The notes beneath the pieces were generated by a model. That model was not told the origin of the DNA, ran no database searches, and worked only from the letters and a program-made list of their open reading frames with translations. A program made the position numbers and the translations under genes. A DNA stretch of 64,000 bases from Pristiophorus japonicus. Lineage: Eukaryota. Below, one piece after another: positions 24,701 through 38,299 of this stretch (position 1 is its first letter; the number at the start of each line of letters is the position of its first letter). The DNA is taken from positions 119,350,001 through 119,414,000 of the forward strand of contig NC_091979.1 in the NCBI RefSeq assembly GCF_044704955.1, read 5' to 3'.

Positions 24701-27700
24701 ATGAAGGCGGCCTAGCGACAGGCGAATACATCCAGGTAGAGAAGAATTAGAGGACAGCCCCTGTCCTCAGCCGATGATCGCATGCCCGGATGCTCTGGGT
24801 TTTGGCCTCTGGGGTGAAATTGACAGTCTGATTAATAAAATGAACATTACAGCATTTCCCTGTACACTTAGCCAGATCATTATGTTCTGATTTTGCTTTG
24901 CTGTTCTTATCGGGTTCTGATAATAGCATCTTTCTCATCACACTTTTGGTTGAACGCGGGCGAGCGTTGTAGGTAAATAGAAGTACCAAGTTTAACAATT
25001 TTGCTCCTTCAGTTCAGCTGATTATATTTGACATATTTAGTCAGTTGGGATGGAAATGCCATAATGTGTTCTGTTGACAATGTGAAATCGTATTTCTTGC
25101 ATTCGCACTTTAATATTCTGGCTTTTCCTTTCCTTATTTGCGTTTTCTCTTTAATATTTCTTCTCCCTCAGCCTCTCGTCTTGTTATTGCTTATTTTATC
25201 TCTTTATATACACCAAATGCAGACAACTGTCTTCTCCAGTTTTAATGGCTGCTTTTCTTTATCTTTCACGTTTCCTAAAGTGCACATATTCGAATAACAC
25301 GTATGGAGTGTCTTCAGTATGTCCTTCATTGTTTTATTGTAGTGGATCTTTCAGACGTTTAAAGACTGAAATCCATCTTTGACTTGCAATGTAAATCATA
25401 GGACCTCAAAACAGGGAAATGCCCTCTCCGCTAATATATATTGCATATTTGAATAAAGTTTTACTTGCTTTTACATTTTTTGAAACATTTTCATTTATTG
25501 AATGATGTGCTTTATAGGATCGTACTTTATTTTAGGTAATGACTTGATATGGTATTGATACAGTTTATCTGTGTGAATGTACAAATCTCTCTTTCGCCCT
25601 CTCTTTCCAAGTCTGTTACGCATTTAGGCCGTCGATTTAATTTCACTTAAAACATCATATTTGTACTTATGTTGTTAGGGGCATTCAAGAAAGATACTTT
25701 TGTCAAAAAGTTATAAAAAGTATTTTTCTCCATGCTGTTTTCTTTCATGACTAAACTATTGACATATAATCTTCAAATTAATTCTCTAAGATTTATTTTA
25801 GACTCAATTTGAGCTCCGCACGACAAACATTTAGCTGGAAACAAGCGATTGCTAAAGGTTAATCCGTTACCTGTAGCTATTACACATTTAACCCATGTCC
25901 ATGGTCAGATATAACGTAAGGCTAAGCAACATTTGCGACTAGAAGTTTAATATTCCAGAGAGGATTTGGAAGATGGAGAATCTGTGTGGACCAGCTATTC
26001 TCGGTGTTAATAGTGGTAGTAATGATGACGCTGATAGCGATGATGATAATGATGATGAATTTGTTGTTGTTGTCATCATCGCCGTAGTTACTTTGGTTTT
26101 CAAAATCAATGTTTACCGATGAGAAGCGGAACCTATGAGCTAAGTTGCGAAATACACGAGTGAAATGTTAAATGAAAGCCTAACTGATCTTCAGTGTGGA
26201 TGTCACAGAATAGTTTCTATCGAGATCCCCTTATGGGAAATGACAATGTAGCAATAGCGTTCGAGGTGCATAATTAATATTAAATAATGCATAGACGGAA
26301 CCTATATCATTGCTGCTAAATGGTTTAATTAGTACTGTGTCCCCTATGCAGTAGAATAAAAACAGTAACGCCCTGTCATATATATTAATATATATTCACA
26401 GTATTTTCTTCTTCCAGTTTATAACCTGCAATAAATTGTCATATGTAGTCAGTATTAACGCTAATTTCGGCATTTAGACAAAACATAACCGGACAATAAA
26501 TGTCGAAAACAACGGTAATGTAAAATAGCAATAGTATCGCTCCGATTTATGGGAACACGTAAACAATTAATGTTAATTGTGGTTAAGAAAATGCATTAAA
26601 CGGTAATATTAAAAGTTGCATAGTGAAAATTATGTTTTCTTCCCAAGGGTCTCGTGCAACAATAGCGGCTTCTGTAAAGTACTGGAGACACCATTTTTAA
26701 TGTTATTGTTTTCCAATAAAAAATTAATATAAGTTGCAAAACATCTTAAATACCGTGATTAAATTGCTCGCGTAGGAAAAATCATAGGTCTAAAGCGATA
26801 AACATTTTTGTCATTGTAGGAAATGGTTTGACTACAAGTTAGCAAATATGTCTTATGGTTAGCAAACACAATAACATTTCGGATCCTCAAAAACAGCTTG
26901 TATGTTCGGAACGTTACCTCAAAAATTCAAAAGCTTATATCAATAATACGAAATACAACATTCCTGCAAACAAGGGTTTTTGAGAGATTGATGCAATGTT
27001 ATTCGTGCTTGATTTTGAACCTTGTTTAATAATATTATCTGTAGTCCACCAATCAAAATGATTGGATGTTATGATGAATTAATTGTGAAGCTTTGCAGTA
27101 ATTTTAAGTGGAGATATTAGATAAACAAAGATGAATGGAATCGAGATTAACTACATTCGCTTGAACTGTCTGTCCTCTGGCGCCCTCATCTGTTTCCTTT
27201 GATTTTAACAGTCACATTACTCTCACAGCTGATCCAAAAAGTTAAATTCTCTGAGAGTCAGCGACTTTTGATAATAATAGTTTAGGAGCCAAATTAAAAG
27301 TGAAACTCGCGCTGTTGTCCGTATGAGTTAACTTGAGTATTGATCAATTATTTTCCATCAGCACAATTTGAAAATACTGCTACAAGGGATAAATGTATGC
27401 ATTGATTTCTATTTAACTTCTTAATAAAACTGACCTCTGAAGTTTTGTATTTCTATTTTGTGGGCAATAACAATTAGCTAGCTGGTTAATAATTGACTTC
27501 TCTATGCCATTGTTAAACAATGTATACATGGATTTCTTGAAAGATTTATTCCTATCGAGGCAAGTGATGAGAAAAAAAAGACCGAATTTAACATTTTCAC
27601 AACATCTATCTCATAACCTATAGGCTGTTGCAAATCCGTTTGAATACTGAATGTAGAATCTCTTTATAGCTGGCTGATGGCTAACTGGCACAGATTGAAA

Positions 27701-28696
27701 GACTGTAGAATTATGCCAGTTCTCATCGACTTTGACATAATACTGATTAATGAAACTGAACAAGGTAGTGCTAAACACAATAAATACAAAGACAAGATAA
27801 TGGCAAGGGCATTCATTTGGAAAATGAGTTGCATGATTTCAAAATCCATGATTTCCATCAATTATGTTTTAATTACTTTTAAAACTATGTCCAGGGAAAG
27901 TTTTAATTAGATCGAAAAGTCACAAAACTGGTTAAAAAAGACGAATAGTCAGATTACACCACGGTTCTGTTCGCAGCAGTAGTTCGCTTTAGCTCAAAGA
28001 AGTTTTACGGCAAATTTCTAAATATTTGTTCGATCATCTAATGCAGGTACCGCGAGGTGTAATTCTGGTGCGTTGAGGGTTATAGCAGGCAATAAAAGCT
28101 CCTTAAATGCTTTTCGTCTGACGCAGGTTGTAATGTCACAAATAAGGTTTATTCCAGATTACAGTTCACGGTTCTACTAAATTATTGCTCCATTCTGATG
28201 CTTGAGTTTTAAAAAAATAAACGCACTTTACAAATCTAGGCATCCAAATCACCATGGAAAAGTCATAGAAAGAAAAGCTGAAGGAGGAAGCTGATACAAA
28301 ATGCTCACAAAACTCAGCATTGACCTTGGGTCAACAGTATGATAGCTACAGTACAAATGTGTCATTCAGTAATGCAGTCGTGTCCTTGACGTTTGTTCAC
28401 AAAGTTTAATTTGCAAAGAGTCCACACTGTGTTTTATTTACCAACTGTAGTAGAGTTACAGCAATAAAAAGATCAGGTAGTTTGGACCAGGGTGTAGTGT
28501 GTGCACTTAATGGATAGCCTAGTTCCATTTCTGGGAGGTGGAAGTTAACGTATTTGCTCAGTGCCTACACACGCATATCATTCTTAATATTTGGAACAAA
28601 GAAGAATTTACATTGGCAAGTAGCGACAGAAAAATATCAGGGGGATTATATGTGCAGGTGGCTAGAATGAACATTATCATTTAGTACAGCTATAAG

Positions 28697-29225
28697 ATGG
28701 ATTCGACTTCGCTCCAGTACAAATTGACGTTAGAGACATCTAGCGATAAAACAGGAATACTGCAAGATGGAGTGCGGCCTATGGAAATGATACCAGTACT
28801 TTCCACTAACTTTGGAATTTCTTCTGCTATGTCTCCGTCGCCTTTGAAAACCACTCCAAGTGGAACGTGCCATGGTTTGTACTCCGAAGATATTTCGACT
28901 TGTGGATCGCATGGAATTGCAGATCGGGAGCTAGTTGCTGTGTCACCTGAGGCAAGTCGATTCCCTGCAAACCAGCTTCAAAGTGACAGTCATATATCTT
29001 CGTTTAGTAACTACCGGCATAACCCGTGTACCAGAGGTGAATACCCTACAAGCTCCTCAATTTATCAGCATTGGCCTTTAGAGTATCCCCGGGCTGCACC
29101 TGCCCAGACCCATACAGATCCCAATAATCTGGGCATGTCTGCCTTTAGCCATTCTCAGTACTACGGAGCACACTTCTCAGGAGGAGCACTCAGCACTGCA
29201 ATGCCCAGTGTCTCAAGGCATTTAG
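28697..29225 (+). CDS. hoxd14: HoxD14 exon 1 (start codon choice uncertain)
   Basis: Open 176-codon frame with YQHWPLEY motif; donor AG|GTTGGT in phase 1, matching exon 2. Confidence 0.85.
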
Positions 29226-29975
29226 GTTGGTCTGATAATACTTTCTCATACAGTTTATATTTGTCTTTCGGTGTTCGATAACACGGTTAGAGATTGCGAT
29301 AAGATTTTTAATATATGTTCACAAGGCAAGATTTGTATTTCTGTGTCTTATAGCAACACCTAGGTGATTTGTATTTCGTTTTCGACTGTGTTTATTTTCC
29401 CTTGACTGTAAATTATAGGGTATTTAATTTTTATATGTAATTTTAGAAAAACATGTTCACCAAACTTTAGGAGAGCTAAGATAGTTGTCTTTTCTTAAAG
29501 AAGGTTACAATTCATACGATGTCTATTCAATACGAATACTTTACCCAAATAAAGTGGTCTATCAATGTTAGTTCCTTTTCATTCATATCTATTTTTCACT
29601 GAAACGTTTCAGAGATCAAATCAAAATATGCACTTTGTACACAAAATATACAAAAATAACAAAACAAGAAGCATACCCACTTCAACTGAAAATAATTTAC
29701 TTTGGATAAAGTGCGTTATGGATTCATGTATACAAGGAGGTGGGACATGAGAACCCAACTTTGTAAATAAATATGAATATGTTTGATATTAATTCTCGTC
29801 ACTCTGCTATGTTAATCTTTTAAAGATAAATTAACTAACATCAATTAAAATAAATGCCGGTCGACGACAGTCTCGGATGTTTAGTTAATTTAGTATAGTT
29901 GAATATACAAAAAAAAATCGTTATATGTAGGTAAAATAGATGTTGGCGTGAATTTCAAGTGTTTTGTTTCCTCAG

Positions 29976-30157
29976 CACTGGGCTTTACATCGCAATGGTC
30001 AACGTCGCAGATCCCAGTACACAGACAAAGAAAAAAACGAATCCCTTACAGCAAACTGCAAATTGCCGAACTGGAAAAGGCTTTTGAAAAGAATCGATTC
30101 CTCACTCCTGAAGTCCGATTAAACATTTCGTTCAAGTTAGGATTAACAGAAAGGCAG
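29976..30157 (+). CDS. hoxd14: HoxD14 exon 2 (homeodomain residues 1-44)
   Basis: HRQRKKRIPYSKLQIAELEKAFEKNRFLTPEVRLNISFKLGLTERQ|GTAAGG. Confidence 0.95.
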
Positions 30158-30322
30158 GTAAGGTAAACCCCTTCTCGCTTTTACAGAACAAAAAGTGAAC
30201 TACCTGTCTGGCAAGGCAGTCTCTATTGTCAACCGGTGGACGCATTTAGTCTCACACGATCTTAAACCGAGTCAGTTTATATTAGCCATCTTCTGTTCTA
30301 TAATTATCTGTCTACTTTTCAG

Positions 30323-30412
30323 GTAAAAATATGGTTCCAAAACCAGCGACAGAAAGAGAAAAAGCTTCTTCGTGTACAGCAACCAATAAATCCAAATTGT
30401 CCCGGACTGTGA
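30323..30412 (+). CDS. hoxd14: HoxD14 exon 3; joined CDS encodes 266 aa
   Basis: TTTTCAG|VKIWFQNQRQKEKKLLRVQQPINPNCPGL*; WFQNQR and a split homeobox are diagnostic of vertebrate Hox14; lies between Evx2 and HoxD13. Not in the ORF track. Confidence 0.95.
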   Translation, partial: VKIWFQNQRQKEKKLLRVQQPINPNCPGL

Positions 30413-31200
30413 AGTAGAATACTTCTAATGAAAGGAAGAATGGCTTTTGACAGTTAGAAAAACTTGGATTCTGGCGTGTAATGACACAGTCACCTCTCTC
30501 CAGATATACATATACATAGATTATTCAACGTGTTATTCTTTCTTCAATACTTTTTTTTCCCACTGTGTGATTGCAAAATGTTTTATCTTACATTATTGTG
30601 AGATCTAGTTTTCTGGATTAAACGCTATTAACGGGTTCATTCTACTAAAGGTGGCAAATAAGAATTATTTATACTATGAGCCGAGTATAATTCTTAAAGG
30701 AAATGTTCAGCTTACTTTTCTGAAGTGATTAATACTCGTATACCATTTTCTATAAGACTAATTATAATTAGATACTTAATGATTATCTAAAGGTTATCTT
30801 TAATGTTTAAAGAATCATTACATTAGTATAGATTGCAGAGCAAATTGCTTCATGAATAGTAAATAACGTTGTTAATTTCCTATTTGCACATTTGCAATGA
30901 CGTGGAACACATATAATTGTGCAAAATAATTACGTGTTATATTTCAATAAAATTGCCAACTTTTTGAAGACCCTACTTCCGTAACACTAGATTCAAATGT
31001 GCAATCAAAACATTTTACTTACTTTTTTTGAAAAAAGGGATTATTTCACAGGTTTTAGTCAAAACACACAGCTTGGGTGCAATGGGAATGTGCTAGTATG
31101 TATTGGCTAGAGACAAAAGTGTGTTGATTTGCACATTTAAACGACAACGCTACAAAATAAAATCTATGGCTATATTTAGAATATAAAATACAAAGAATTG

Positions 31201-31201
<1 letters not shown>

Positions 31202-31261
<60 letters not shown>
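31202..31261. repeat. (TATC)n microsatellite, about 15 units
   Basis: Seen directly. Confidence 0.98.
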
Positions 31262-31265
<4 letters not shown>

Positions 31266-34200
31266 AATTTCACTTCCATGACGGTTTCCTCAAAGTTTTA
31301 TTGTGTAGTTGCTATTCTCTTCCTCTCTGCAGTTTTAAAAGTTAGATAATTCCCCTTTGATTTTCCAATAATTGTACACTGGTTTCCAAAACGAAAGTAT
31401 ACTTCACACTTGAATAGGTGTTTCAATGCGGGGTCACGGGGGCGCAATGCTGTGATTCGAAATGTGTTATTTACCTCAAAAGAATGAACTAGCTGTTGAA
31501 TGTTTCACGTGTAATTCTACAATAAGTTATATTAGAACCGAATGCATGGTTTTATTGTAGAAATAACTAGAACATTGGTCAGCCAAACTCGCCCATGCTG
31601 TTGAAGTGCAATCAATCCATGTTATTAAAATCTGAGGATCTCTTCTGAGTCTGTTGCCTGTTAATATGTAAAATGTTTTTCTGTTGTCGTTGTATATTTA
31701 TCTGTCCAAAGTTAATAATTATTATAATGGTGATATATTTGTTGATGCTTCCGAGTCAGAATCAGCTCTAGCACCTGGAATGTAAAATGAATGAGAAAAC
31801 GAACTTGATTCCAGTTGGCTCCAGACCCATCGGCTCCCATTTGCTACCGTAATGACGATTTTCTGTTGCAAAGAGCATATGTCAGAGGTGTGTTTTTGGA
31901 CTTTGAATGCATAAATTCCAGTCCTGTCTGCGGTCCATCGTCAATACAAACAACTGAAAGCAAAAGGCACAGGCGGTAAAATCACACAACCATCACTAGC
32001 AGTCCTCCAGATTCTTCCACTACAGGTAAATAAAGTCATGTTGCTATCACTTACCTGCATACCGCTTCCCCAAAGATTGGGGAAGTTGTAAGTGCCAAGC
32101 ATATTATGAGCGAGTGTTGCACATCTGTCAAAATCTCTGAACAAATGTATGATTTTAATTTCAAACGCTACATTCCGATATCTGTTGCACATAACCAAAA
32201 AAAAGTAAAGGTATAGCAGCCTTCATAGTAATCAGAACGAAAATTGTTAGTCACTAGTTATTTACAATTAGAATCAGTCTAATCAATGCTACAATTTTCA
32301 AGTGCATGACTGAAGATCAAAAATACGGACAAATATTGCGTTTGATTAAAAATAACTCCTTATTACTTTCCAAAACACGTCACGACCATTGAATTCAGCT
32401 TTGAGTGCAGTCATTTTATGTAGGAAAACAACTGCTAATTTGAGCGCAGCAATGTCCTCCAAACAACAAAAGAATGCACAATCGGATAAGCTATATATGG
32501 TGGTGTTGGTCAAGGGAGAAATGTTGGCCAGTCGGGATTTTTTTTGAAGTCCACCTGATTATAATCCTTTGTAGTCCCACTATCAAAACAGAAAACGTTA
32601 AGACTTATTTTCTTCAAGAACATGTGGAATATAATCACCATGTTAAGCAATCAAACACAGTAATTGTTGTAGAGCATCGTTTACAGACAAATGATGGAGA
32701 AATAGCAATTGAAGAATATATATAAAAATCTTACCACTTGTGGACATTTCCTGTCAACTTTTTCCATTATAATTCCCTATGTCCATCTTTTTAATAGAAA
32801 ATGCCTCTGCAAACTTGTCACCTTGGAATTAGTCACCTTGGAGTTGTGCATGCAGCGTCACCACTGGTGGGAAGTGGTAATCGCAGTGTGACAAGTTTAC
32901 ATAATCAGTTTCCATTATAAATGAGGAGATCGGAATTTAACAATGTGTTACTTTAAAATGAAGACAGTATTAGGTCTGCCCGCGCTCGTCCAATTATCCA
33001 CTGCCATGTAGTCACGTTTCACTTGAAGACTTCACTTGCTCTTGACTCCTGCTGTACACCAATAAATGCGATGGACTAATAGAGAAGTAAATATATTAGT
33101 GCCAAACTTTATTCATGAACACAGATCATGGTGAAATCGTAATTCCAGTAATGAAAGATGTAACAGATATAAGGGCCTATAACATGTTGTTAAACTTAGT
33201 AGTGCACTCGGATGGGTGTTTAAATAGTCATGTACAAGAACGTATATTGTCCAAACAATGAGAATGTTCAAGATAGTTCATTTTACATACCAGGCAGTAG
33301 AATTAATGTATTTTCTATATCACTCAAGACACTGGGGTGGGGGTCTCGTGAACACCTTTACATTGCTCTGCAGAACATAGCGTCCGCTTTTTGCTTGAGG
33401 AAATTCTAAAATTCGTTTAAATAAATAATAGAAGCATATTTGCATAACATGCCACTCTAATTTCGTGGCAGAAGCATTCATTTGGCATTTTAACTGCATT
33501 CTAATTCCAGACACGTCAACAGAATACTCTTTTCTGTACATTGAAAGATTTTATGTCTAAAAAGTGAAATTCTTCTGATGTGGGATTGGTTTGGACCGGT
33601 GCAGATACATTTATTTTTATATAGAATATCTAATCCATAAGAATCTGAGTGCATACTATTAATCCCCAGGTACATTCTCTTGTACTCATATGGAGGAGCA
33701 GAGATTGGAAGCTGACATTGTCTTTTTTTAACACAATAACTTTACTGGTTGAATTTTAGCTTGACGTGTTACTTTATTCTCTACCCCACTCCAACAGACA
33801 ATATGGCGTATTCGACTATGTTTATTGTGCAAAGGACGTTCACGCTATTTAAAGAACATTTGACAACTGCTTTTTAATTAAGCAAATGCCTGTTATAAAT
33901 ATTGCTCTATTCTGTTCAGATACACAGGACTTTGAAACTGTTGAAATATTTGTGACGCGTTTCCTAAAAAATGCTTAGGACTGTGGGATCAGAGTAAAGT
34001 ATCCTTACGTGGCTTGCAAAGCAGTTCATTACTTTAGTAGTTCCAACTGGTGGGGTGAGAAACATTCGCAGCATCAAGTGATTAATTGGTTGCTAATAAC
34101 ATTAGATTAAAGACGTATTTCGTTATCATGATTACTGTTGCCAGATTAAATCCATTTTACTCCTAGGTGCATTTTACGCGCAAGGTTAATATCTCTGTAT

Positions 34201-35364
34201 ATCTGAAATATCACAAGTACATGTTGATCTAATTTTAGCAACTGTCTATGATTTATTTTCAAATACGCATGATAAGTATTATAGTTGATACTTGAACATT
34301 TAGGGGTTGATAATACTTGGTTTCCAGTTGGGAAAAAATAGTAAGCATTTTGTGTAATCTGGTTTCATTCAGGTATTAATATCGGCCATTACGTTTGACA
34401 AAAACGACATGTTTACGATAATGTGTATTCAAACGGGACTCATATAACCTGTACCATAATCAGTCTCACTTTCATGAATATTGTTAACTGGATATATCTT
34501 TTATCAACTGATTTTAAAAATGTATCTGTTGTCGTTAACGAATTTTGGAGTAAATCCCTTTAAGTAGGTACTTGTGTATTTGGAATATCTATTTTACTAT
34601 GCTTACCGCTCAAATTGTATCGAGTTGCTTGCATGTACTGTGTTACGCAACCTGAGTGGCCCGCTAGTCTACAAGTTTAAGGTGAATATAAACCAAAATT
34701 GGTCACGTTTAAGAAAAACTTCCAGTTATAATTAGAAAAATATGTCACAGATTGTGCAAAAAATGATTACTAATACGTCATAGTAAATGTTGGCAATTAT
34801 TTCTGTAGTTAATAAAACGTATAAGCATTATCCATGTAAAAGGATTTGATTTTAAACCGAAATTATTAGTAATACTTCAGGTTTATGAATCGTTTTATGA
34901 GCCGAAGGTCATTCAGAATAACATTCTGCGAATATTTTAAACAATAAATGCTATATGTTATTTTAGTAACTCAAATATCAGTTTAAAAACATCAGGCAAA
35001 AAGATACCAGCAAGGGAAAAGAACAATTTTAATAGTCAAAACAGAATGAACGAAATGTTGTATGTTGGAAGCAGATTCCCAGCCACGGATCTCCACAGAG
35101 TTCACCAAGAGACAGTGGGGAGTTTATATTGAACTTCGCTGAGAACATAAAACAATTAAAGAAAATGGCTGTGAACCAAAAATAACGTTCAAATAAAAAC
35201 TTATTTTTTATGGAAATTGTTTAAAACTTCAATTCTGTTCGCTAAATAATACCAATATTGGACAATAAATAACATTTAAAAGAAACAATATTTACTGCCA
35301 CCCTTTACAAACAAAATGCGGAATGTGTATACTTATATTTACATCAATTTGGTCCGTGTTTTTG

Positions 35365-35460
35365 ATTTGTTCTGGGATGCAGGCGACGCTGGCAAGGCCA
35401 TATTTGTTGCCCATCCCAAGTTGCTCTGAGAAATTGGGAGTGGGCCTTCTCCTTGAATCT
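35365..35460 (-). mobile_element. Short 3'-end fragment of a common elasmobranch LINE/SINE
   Basis: GGGATGCAGGCGACGCTGGCAAGGCCATATTTGTTGCCCATCCC..CTTCTCCTTGAA resembles a recalled shark retroposon tail in reverse. Confidence 0.6.
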
Positions 35461-36737
35461 CTGTTTGAATCATTCAATTTCTAATGAAAATGATGTTTTA
35501 TTTTTAAAGCGGTCTAACGCACACTAATCTGTTCATTAGTATTTCATTTTACACGGTACCACAGGTATGACTGACTTTGAGCAATTATCTGACATAAGTT
35601 AGCAATAGCATCGTATTTTTCAAAGCTGTATTATGAATCACAACTAACTCTAATCTTTGAAATTCTCACATAAATCCCACGGAGCTGTTGAGTTGCTTTA
35701 AGCTGCTGTTTACCATCATCTCTCTCTCTCTCTCCCTCCCTCTCTCTCCACCTTGACCTTGGCCTTCATCTACTTCCGGAAAGAACTCCTTTGTCTGCAT
35801 ACCAGTGATGCGATCAACTTGAGACAGCGGCATATATTTAAATCCGATCCTGTATTTTCTCGGAAAACTAAATAAAAATAGCCATCCGAAATCAATCGCT
35901 AGCTTGTTTTTTCACATTGAAAGTAGGAGCAGCTCACTTTTTATGTTTTTTTTACTGACGAGAGATACTATCCGCATGTTCTTAAATAAACGTGCTGCGC
36001 TTATTCAAAAAAAGATACTCGAATGGAAAGGATAAGCATTGAACATGCTGATGTGAAATTCTTTTTCTTTAGATTATTTATGTAAAACGCCATTGGAACT
36101 ACTTCACTAAATATAGTCGAAGGGTATCAAGTCAGTACAGAAAATTATTTTTTTTAATGAAGGAAGTAAACCAAAGGATGCACAGGAATGAATTTATGTA
36201 ATTTAGTGCAAAAAGCATGGGTTCCATAGCCTTTCTCTGTCGCGGACGCCTGTAGGTAGAATTTGCTTTGTCTCTGAAATAACCGCTCATATTGCAGTTT
36301 TCCCGTCTTTCCTTTGAAATTCTGAAAAAGATGTAAGACAAGATTCAAAATGCTTTCTTTGAAATGTGAAATAATCCTTATTTTGCTCATGCACAGAATA
36401 CCGTGTTCTAGTTGTTTAGAGTTGTCAATTATTCTTTACCGAAAAATTCTTATAGGTTTCTTTGAGTGGTAACCTCGTCAACTGATTTACTTGTGTCCGG
36501 ACTCTGCAACTTTCAGGAGGATGTGAAAATATCTTCATGGAACAATGAGAAGAGCCCCTTCAGTGTGCCACAATATTCCACGCTGAAAACCAGGTCACAC
36601 TATCCCATCTCTTTCCATTATCCGTTTAACATTTGTAAAATGTTACTGTTACTTCTGTTATTATAGCTAACTTATAACTTGCACCTAACTATCTCATCAA
36701 CATGGAATTGCTTCGTTTTAGTGAATCACAAAATGTA

Positions 36738-36809
36738 ATGCAATATTTGCAGCGCGTATTATGAAGTTCTTATTCCAAGGTAAACTGCAAAGTATCGCTT
36801 GGTTTGGTC
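36738..36809 (+). repeat. 72-bp direct repeat, copy 1
   Basis: Matches 37514-37585 with 2 mismatches. Confidence 0.95.
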
Positions 36810-37513
36810 TACCAAAATTGTTTATTGAATGTGGTTTTGCCAACTTTGAGAATATGTATTGGAAGTGTATTTTGGTGGAAAAAATAGATACTTTCTTCCA
36901 TCTAGTCGTATAGTTAAAAGCAGATTATAGTGATCAAAATATATCTTATTTCCAATAAAAGAGTTATGTTGCTGAATATTTCAATGTTTTTACCCTACGG
37001 TCTGTAATAGCAATGGAGTGAGTTGAATCATACACTCGAATTATGGGGAACTTACCCACAAAAACAATATTTTCAAATTATAATAGGGCCTGTAGAGAAA
37101 CTCGGCGTTTACTAAATTTTGGGAACGTGGCCGCCTCAGAAATCATATTTCTGTCCGTTTGACGCAAATAGTTAAACATTCTGGCACAGCCAAGTAACAA
37201 TAGGAAAGTTGACAATTTCGAATAATTTAGCGCATTTGAAGCAAAATGTAAACTAATCCCAATATACGAATATCTTGTGCTAAAAATGGTGGTGCAAAAT
37301 AAAGAATATTACGAGTAAATCGAAATGACGTATCAGGTATCTGAAAACTCCACAACCCGAAAAACATAAGCTGCGTTTAAGGAAATACTGAATAAAACGT
37401 GCTCTTATTTACAGATCCAGTATCTGAGCAAAAGTTAAATGCATATCCAATTAATTTCCGTTCAGATTTTCGAAAATGTAGTGTATATACAATCTGAGCG
37501 GAATATATATGCC

Positions 37514-37585
37514 ATGCAATATTTGCAGCGCGTATTATGAAGTTCTTACTCCAAGTTAAACTGCAAAGTATCGCTTGGTTTGGTC
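37514..37585 (+). repeat. 72-bp direct repeat, copy 2, flanked by (AT)n
   Basis: ATATATAT-GCC-[copy]-ATATATAT. Confidence 0.95.
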
Positions 37586-38164
37586 ATATATATATGATCG
37601 TCTTATGAGTTAGTTGGAAAAAATGAATGATCTTTAAAATTTATTTCACAGAATAATATAAATTGCATCGTTTTATATATAGGACATATATGTTATCCCG
37701 AACGACACATTTTGATGCGAAACAGGTTACTACCGAGATTCTTCGTCACAATATAAGAAAATGCAAAACATGGTCACCACTGTGCCATTTGTTTTGATAT
37801 CACAATATGATTCCGTTCCCAATTTGAAATGATTATTTTTCAAAAGTTGTCGAAAACTTTATTTGAAAGGGAAAGTAATGTAGATATAGATAATTGTCTC
37901 AAAGAATATTTCATGTACACTGTACTTGATATTTACTGGTCCTACAAACTCTACAATATATTATGCAAGTCATCAATAATAAAACAATTAAATCTCAACG
38001 GAATATATCTGTAAAAGTATTTACGTGGAAAACACCATCCCGTATTTTGTTTACGATGCACATCATGTCTATTAGTCATTTAGAATGAATTAATTTTGGA
38101 AACATTAAATTGTTTTAACATCGGGAAAGGGGTGCAGTGGCTGCTGAAGCCAGCTTCAGTTGCT

Positions 38165-38272
38165 GCGTGTCACGTGGCCAGAATCGACCTATCAGGTTTC
38201 ACTCGGTCAGTGCACACTCAAATCAGTGAAAATAAGCACCTCTTCTCACTCCCGAGGCTGCTTTTATAAAGC
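38165..38272 (+). promoter_or_regulatory. HoxD13 proximal promoter
   Basis: GTCACGTGGC E-box at ~38169 and TTTTATAAA at ~38262, just upstream of ATG 38300. Confidence 0.5.
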
Positions 38273-38299
38273 AGTACTTAGTTTGCAGTGGGTCGTGAT

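Noticed and set aside
25100-25300. Pyrimidine tract ending CTCAG as the acceptor of a divergent Evx2 lncRNA; hydrophobic 89-aa ORF
   Set aside because: Low-complexity composition explains both; no transcript evidence available.
26010-26090. (GAT)n/(GTT)n/(CAT)n quasi-hairpin
   Set aside because: Degenerate trinucleotide microsatellite; pairing is short.
30385-30390. AATAAA inside the HoxD14 last coding exon
   Set aside because: Likely chance from Pro-Ile-Asn codons; another AATAAA occurs near 30946.
31428-31448. GGTCACGGGGGCGC CTCF-like motif
   Set aside because: Only the 3' half of the consensus matches.
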